Position numbers and translations under genes: made by a program. The notes under the pieces are model-generated. The model made no database searches, was not told where the DNA came from, and worked only from the letters and a program-made list of their open reading frames with translations. From Antedon mediterranea (lineage: Eukaryota; Animalia; Echinodermata): a DNA stretch of 64,000 bases. Where the stretch lies: NCBI RefSeq assembly GCF_964355755.1, contig NC_092677.1, forward strand, positions 13,724,101-13,788,100. The letters are read 5' to 3'. Below, one piece after another: positions 62,828-64,000 of the stretch (position 1 is the stretch's first letter; each line of letters starts with the position of its first letter).

Positions 62828-63317
62828 TCATGATAAGAGGTCAGGGTTCGAATTAGCAGGTCGTGGAGTGTAAATGGTAACCGATGCTATGTGATTGTTA
62901 GACATCACCTGGAAAATATAAGAAAATATTAGGAGAAACAAATAACAGATTACAATCACAAATTATAGCCAGCTAAGACTGTTTATAGAGCACTTATAGC
63001 AATCCACCAGAAACCTTATTTATTATATCAATATATATAAGTGGGTCACGGTGTATAACCGTTGATTGATTCAATTTCTTACCTCTACTATCATATTTTC
63101 CACACCATAGCAGAAAGTAGATCCAAATGGGTTAGTAGTGTTGATAGTTGAGGCCCTGTTGAGAACAACTGGTTTCTTTAGTGGCACAAGATAAGGTTGT
63201 ATCTCGTTCCACTTTGTAAACGGTGTGATGAATGGTGTATCAGGTTCTGTGAGTTTGTCGCCCTCGGTCGTATTGCAACAATTTGGTATTGGGATCTTGA
63301 AATCGCATCTGCAATAT
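62828..63317 (-). CDS. PHAF1: Last two coding exons of PHAF1 (C16orf70/UPF0183); the gene continues beyond the window
   Basis: Exon 63317-63083 translates YCRCDFKIP...TKWNEIQ...KKPVVLNRASTINTTNPFGSTFCYG..NMIVE. Exon 62908-62828 translates VMSNNHIASVTIYTPRP...*. Both match the recalled C16orf70 C-terminus (TNPFGSTFC...FEVMQNNHIASVTLY). Absent from the ORF track. Confidence 0.9.
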
Positions 63318-64000
63318 CTGATAAATTAAATAAAATTTATAAAAACATCAATTTTGTTTACAATAAGTTTCAGGCTAGTGATCTGGGATCATTTATTTAT
63401 TTTAGCTTAGTAAAAAAAATCATCTTTATTTTGTTTTAATAATCTGATTAAGATTTAAGTTTAACAAAACAAATATTAAAAATGGTAGCAAATATGCACA
63501 TAGTCCATTTCTAAAGATAAAAAAAACTGGTTTTGATAATAAAGCTTCAGTATTTCACTTAAGCATTTCTAAACTGACTTTAGTTAAGTAAAAAGATTGG
63601 TAATTGTCATTTATGTGTGTATATTTGGCGCATTATTCTGTCAAATGTCATGTTCATGTCAGATTGTCAATATTAATTAATATTACACTTGGACTATTAT
63701 ATCTATTGCAACAGCAAACCACTGTACAAGCTCTCTTGAAGACACTTTTCCTCTTTCATGTCACGAAAAGAAATGATGATGGTTGTTTGCGGGGAGGCTC
63801 CCACTGCATAGTTCATGGACTATACCATTTGTGGAGAGGGGTGTTCAATGAAAATTTCTACTTTTCGAGTTATATCTCGCTCTTCGAGGAGAAAGGGCTA
63901 TTGTCGGTTTATCCAGGTTAGCTAGGCACGAAATAGACTGGCAACTATAGTAGTTTGAAGGTGTTTACTACTCACATATTGAAGTGATAGTGTCCAGGAT

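Noticed and set aside
63604-64000. Further PHAF1 exon or a 105-aa gene
   Set aside because: I found no PHAF1-like translation here, and ~63850-63940 is an inverted copy of the dispersed repeat at ~33088-33175, so this is intronic repeat DNA.

Overview
AT-rich, intron-containing animal genomic DNA. The gene set, the TRIM-NHL architecture and the SINE/LINE types suggest a marine invertebrate deuterostome, probably an echinoderm (inference). Five host genes can be assembled by hand from GT-AG boundaries: a 4-exon MARVEL/CMTM-like gene (+), an FBXL8-like F-box/LRR gene (-), a RING-B-box-filamin-NHL TRIM gene (-) head-to-head with a 23-exon RELCH/KIAA1468 orthologue (+, including one U12-type intron), and the last two exons of PHAF1/C16orf70 (-). 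The standout object is an apparently intact 8.5-kb DNA transposon (23622-32152) in RELCH intron 1. It has 39-bp GG...CC TIRs and a perfect 8-bp TSD. Its 7-exon gene encodes a ~1605-aa protein joining a DDE-type transposase, an XPG/FEN1-like nuclease and a CXC domain (Academ/AcademX-like). The rest is a layered repeat landscape: 5'-truncated Tx1-like and CR1/L2-group LINEs with TSDs, Harbinger- and hAT-type MITEs, Helentron-like elements, tRNA- and 5S-derived SINEs and minisatellites. There is no CRISPR array and no intact rRNA or tRNA gene. All identifications come from motif recognition by eye, not from database searches.
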